Of a stretch of 64,000 bases of DNA, positions 61,425-64,000 are shown piece by piece. The position numbers and the translations under genes are program-made. The DNA is from Prorocentrum cordatum. Lineage: Eukaryota. The notes under the pieces are model-generated. The model was given only the letters and a program-made list of their open reading frames with translations, was not told where the DNA came from and did not search any database. The stretch lies in the NCBI GenBank assembly GCA_963575745.1, contig CAUYUJ010000143.1, positions 1-64,000 of the forward strand. The letters run 5' to 3'. The first letter of the stretch is position 1, and every line of letters starts with the position of its first letter.

Positions 61425-62109
61425 TAAGATGGCCCAAGATGGCCTCCAAGCTTCCCCAAGATAGTCCAAGATGGCCACCAAGATGGCCGAAGAGGGTCCA
61501 ATATACCTTTAAGTCCGCCAAAGAAGCCTCCGCGACGGGCCAAGTTGGTTTCAAGACGGCCCAAGACGGCCCAAAAGGCGCCCACGAGGCCTGTAAGACG
61601 GCCCAAGAGGCCTCCAAGAGGTCTTCCAGAAAGGTCCGAAGAGGCGACAATCATTCATATTTCTTCAGTTCCTGACGGATTTGGGTAGCTGCTTCGTTTC
61701 GGCTTTCCGCCGACGGCCCGAGACGGCCCAACAGCCCCCCAGGATCGCCCAAGAGGCCTCCAAGATGGCCCCAGAACGGCCGACGAGGCCCCAAAAACGG
61801 CCCCAAGAGGGCCCCAACACGGCCCGACAGGCCCCAAAAAGGCCCCCAAGAGGGTTCCCACTAAGCTCCCAGGAGGCCCCAAGGATGCCCCCAGAGGCTC
61901 CCAAGATGCCCCCTCCTCCTCCTCCTCCTCCTCTTCCTCCTCCTCCTCCTCCCCCTCCTCCTCCACCTCCTCCTCCTCCCCCTCCTCCTCCTCCTCCTCC
62001 TTCTCCTCCCCCTCCTCCTCCCTACAAGTACTCAATATGAATACTACTCTCCCTCTTCCCCCGATGGCGGCCTGAAAGTATTAGACCCCCCCGCGTACTG
62101 TTTTTTAAC

Positions 62110-62474
62110 ACACAGGATTCCCGGGAGTTGGGTTTTCGCCTGCGTTTTTTTCAAAATGCTGCTCTCGCAGAGGCGCCGGCCTCATTTCTGCTCCCGAATC
62201 GTTCCGAATCGTGCTCCTGCTGCAGCGTGGGCATTTTCGGATCGGTGTTTGGCCTCCGTCGTTCAGGATGGCGTTCTCGCCCCAGCGCGGGCCTCTTTCT
62301 CGCGCGCCCATCCGCCCGCCACCACCGCGCCGCACCACCACCACCACCACCACCACCACCACCACCACCACCACCACCACCACCACCACCACCACCACCA
62401 CCACCACCACCACCACCACCACCACCACCACCACCACCACCACCACCACCACCACCACCACCACCACGCACACA

Positions 62475-62509
<35 letters not shown>

Positions 62510-62660
62510 GCACCACCACCCACTACGCACGCGCGCGCGGAGCCACAGGTCCGCTACGACACGCGTCCGCGGATAGAGAAAATCAGCGCCATGGTAAGGG
62601 ATGGGAGGGAGGGGTAGGACGTCAGACATGACGCGAGCGCACCTAGCTTGTCCCCCAACC
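62110..62660 (-). repeat. Composite repeat homologous (inverted) to ~32775-33270, with an internal (CAC)n tract
   Basis: The CAAGCTAGGTGCGCT.GCGTCAT.TCTGACG and GAAATGAGGCCG blocks are shared in opposite orientation. Confidence 0.7.
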
Positions 62661-62784
62661 CCCCCCCTCCCCCTCCCCCCTCCCCCTCCTCCTCCTCCTC
62701 CTCCCTCCCCCTCCCCCTCCCCCTCCCCTCCCCCCCTCCCCCTCCCCCTCCCCCTCCTCCTCCTCCTCCTCCTCCTCCTCCTCC

Positions 62785-62819
<35 letters not shown>

Positions 62820-63820
62820 GCCATTCTCCCCCACGTGTTCTCCGAAGGGTTTCCACAACGGCTGGGGGGGACACACGGTCCGTTAGCTTGGCAGAGCTCT
62901 GGCCACAACGCTCGGCCACATGGGCGATGCCAAAAAGGCTTGGGGCGGCAGTGATTCGCCGTAGGCGTCTTCGATAGTTTTCGGGTCAGAGCTCGGGTCT
63001 CTGGCGGCCGTTCGGGACGATCGGGGCGCCCCTGGAACGCGCTCGGCGAGGCGCCGCCGCTGGAAGGCATGCCGAGGCTGGAGAGCCGCCGCCGAGAACC
63101 GACGAGAGCGCCCGAAAAACTAGAAACTTCGAACTCCCAGCGCTGCCGGGAAGCAGGCCTTCTCGGGAGGCGGCGCGGCTTCTCAGAAGTCCTCGCGCCT
63201 TCTGAGAAGCCGCCCGCGGCCTTGGAGAAGGCTCTGGAAACTGCAGGAAGCTGCTCGGAAGGCGCGAGGGCTTCTGAGAAGCCCCGCCACCCGCTGGCAA
63301 GGCCCTCCCCCTCTCGGCTACACCCCCCTGGGCTCGCCGCCGACGCAGCGTGTGGTGACAGACCGTGCGGCGCGCTCTGAAACCCAACGAGACCTCACCA
63401 CGCGGTCTGTCACCGCACGGCCCTGGGACCTCCGAGGCCCCCGTCGCCCGAGACACATCCTCGGAGGGAGCGAACTGAGTCCCAGAAAACGCGCGGCCAC
63501 GCGGAACCCCCACTGATTCACCACACGGTGCGGCCACCACACCGCTATAGGGCCCCTTGGAGAAGAGAAGGGAGCAGGCAAAGGGAGCAGGCCCGATCGG
63601 GCTGGACGAGGGGTCAACGACTCAGCTCACCCAGCCGCTTTTCCCGGCGCCTCCCGGCATCTGTGGCGCCCGATGTATCGGAGCTGACTGCATGCGGCAG
63701 CTTCCGTATCCCCCCCTTCCCCATCCCCTCACTTTCGTCCGACCCGGCCCCAAGAAGTCGCCCCCGGGAGAAAAACGCCCAGACAATCGCCTTGCCAGAC
63801 ACTCGCCTTGCCTTGCGAAC

Positions 63821-63916
<96 letters not shown>

Positions 63917-64000
63917 GCGACGGGGCGAGTGTGGCGCGAGCCTTGCCGTCGCCGTAGGCGAGCGTGACGCGCACGTACTTGCCGGCGCCTCTCTGCAACA

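Overview
GC-rich, repeat-saturated eukaryotic DNA. It is most likely dinoflagellate; this is inferred from GC-AG and GA-AG splice junctions, AG|G acceptors and the repeat content, and is not verified. Most ORF-track entries are artefacts of satellites and microsatellites. The real coding content is: (1) a large multi-exon host gene on the minus strand, with about 1,350 stop-free codons in five confident segments between 36983 and 46494 and weaker exons on either side; (2) a nearly intact APE-RT non-LTR retrotransposon (minus strand, ~27600-32135) with a 2A-like GEAANPGP motif; (3) a degraded RT-ZnF-RNase H non-LTR element (~12700-17300); (4) a Penelope-like RT with no visible endonuclease, followed by a candidate hammerhead ribozyme (20169-22473). 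More than ten MITE/TIR families, an 89-bp satellite and a foldback element fill the rest. The main discovery is that consecutive introns of the host gene are themselves insertions. One is a TIR element whose 5-bp target-site duplication (TSD) CAGGC supplies a GC-AG intron. One is a pure microsatellite whose 15-bp TSD supplies a GA-AG intron. Two more elements sit inside codons, and their precise removal would need non-canonical boundaries. All coordinates were read by eye, and the splice models need RNA evidence.
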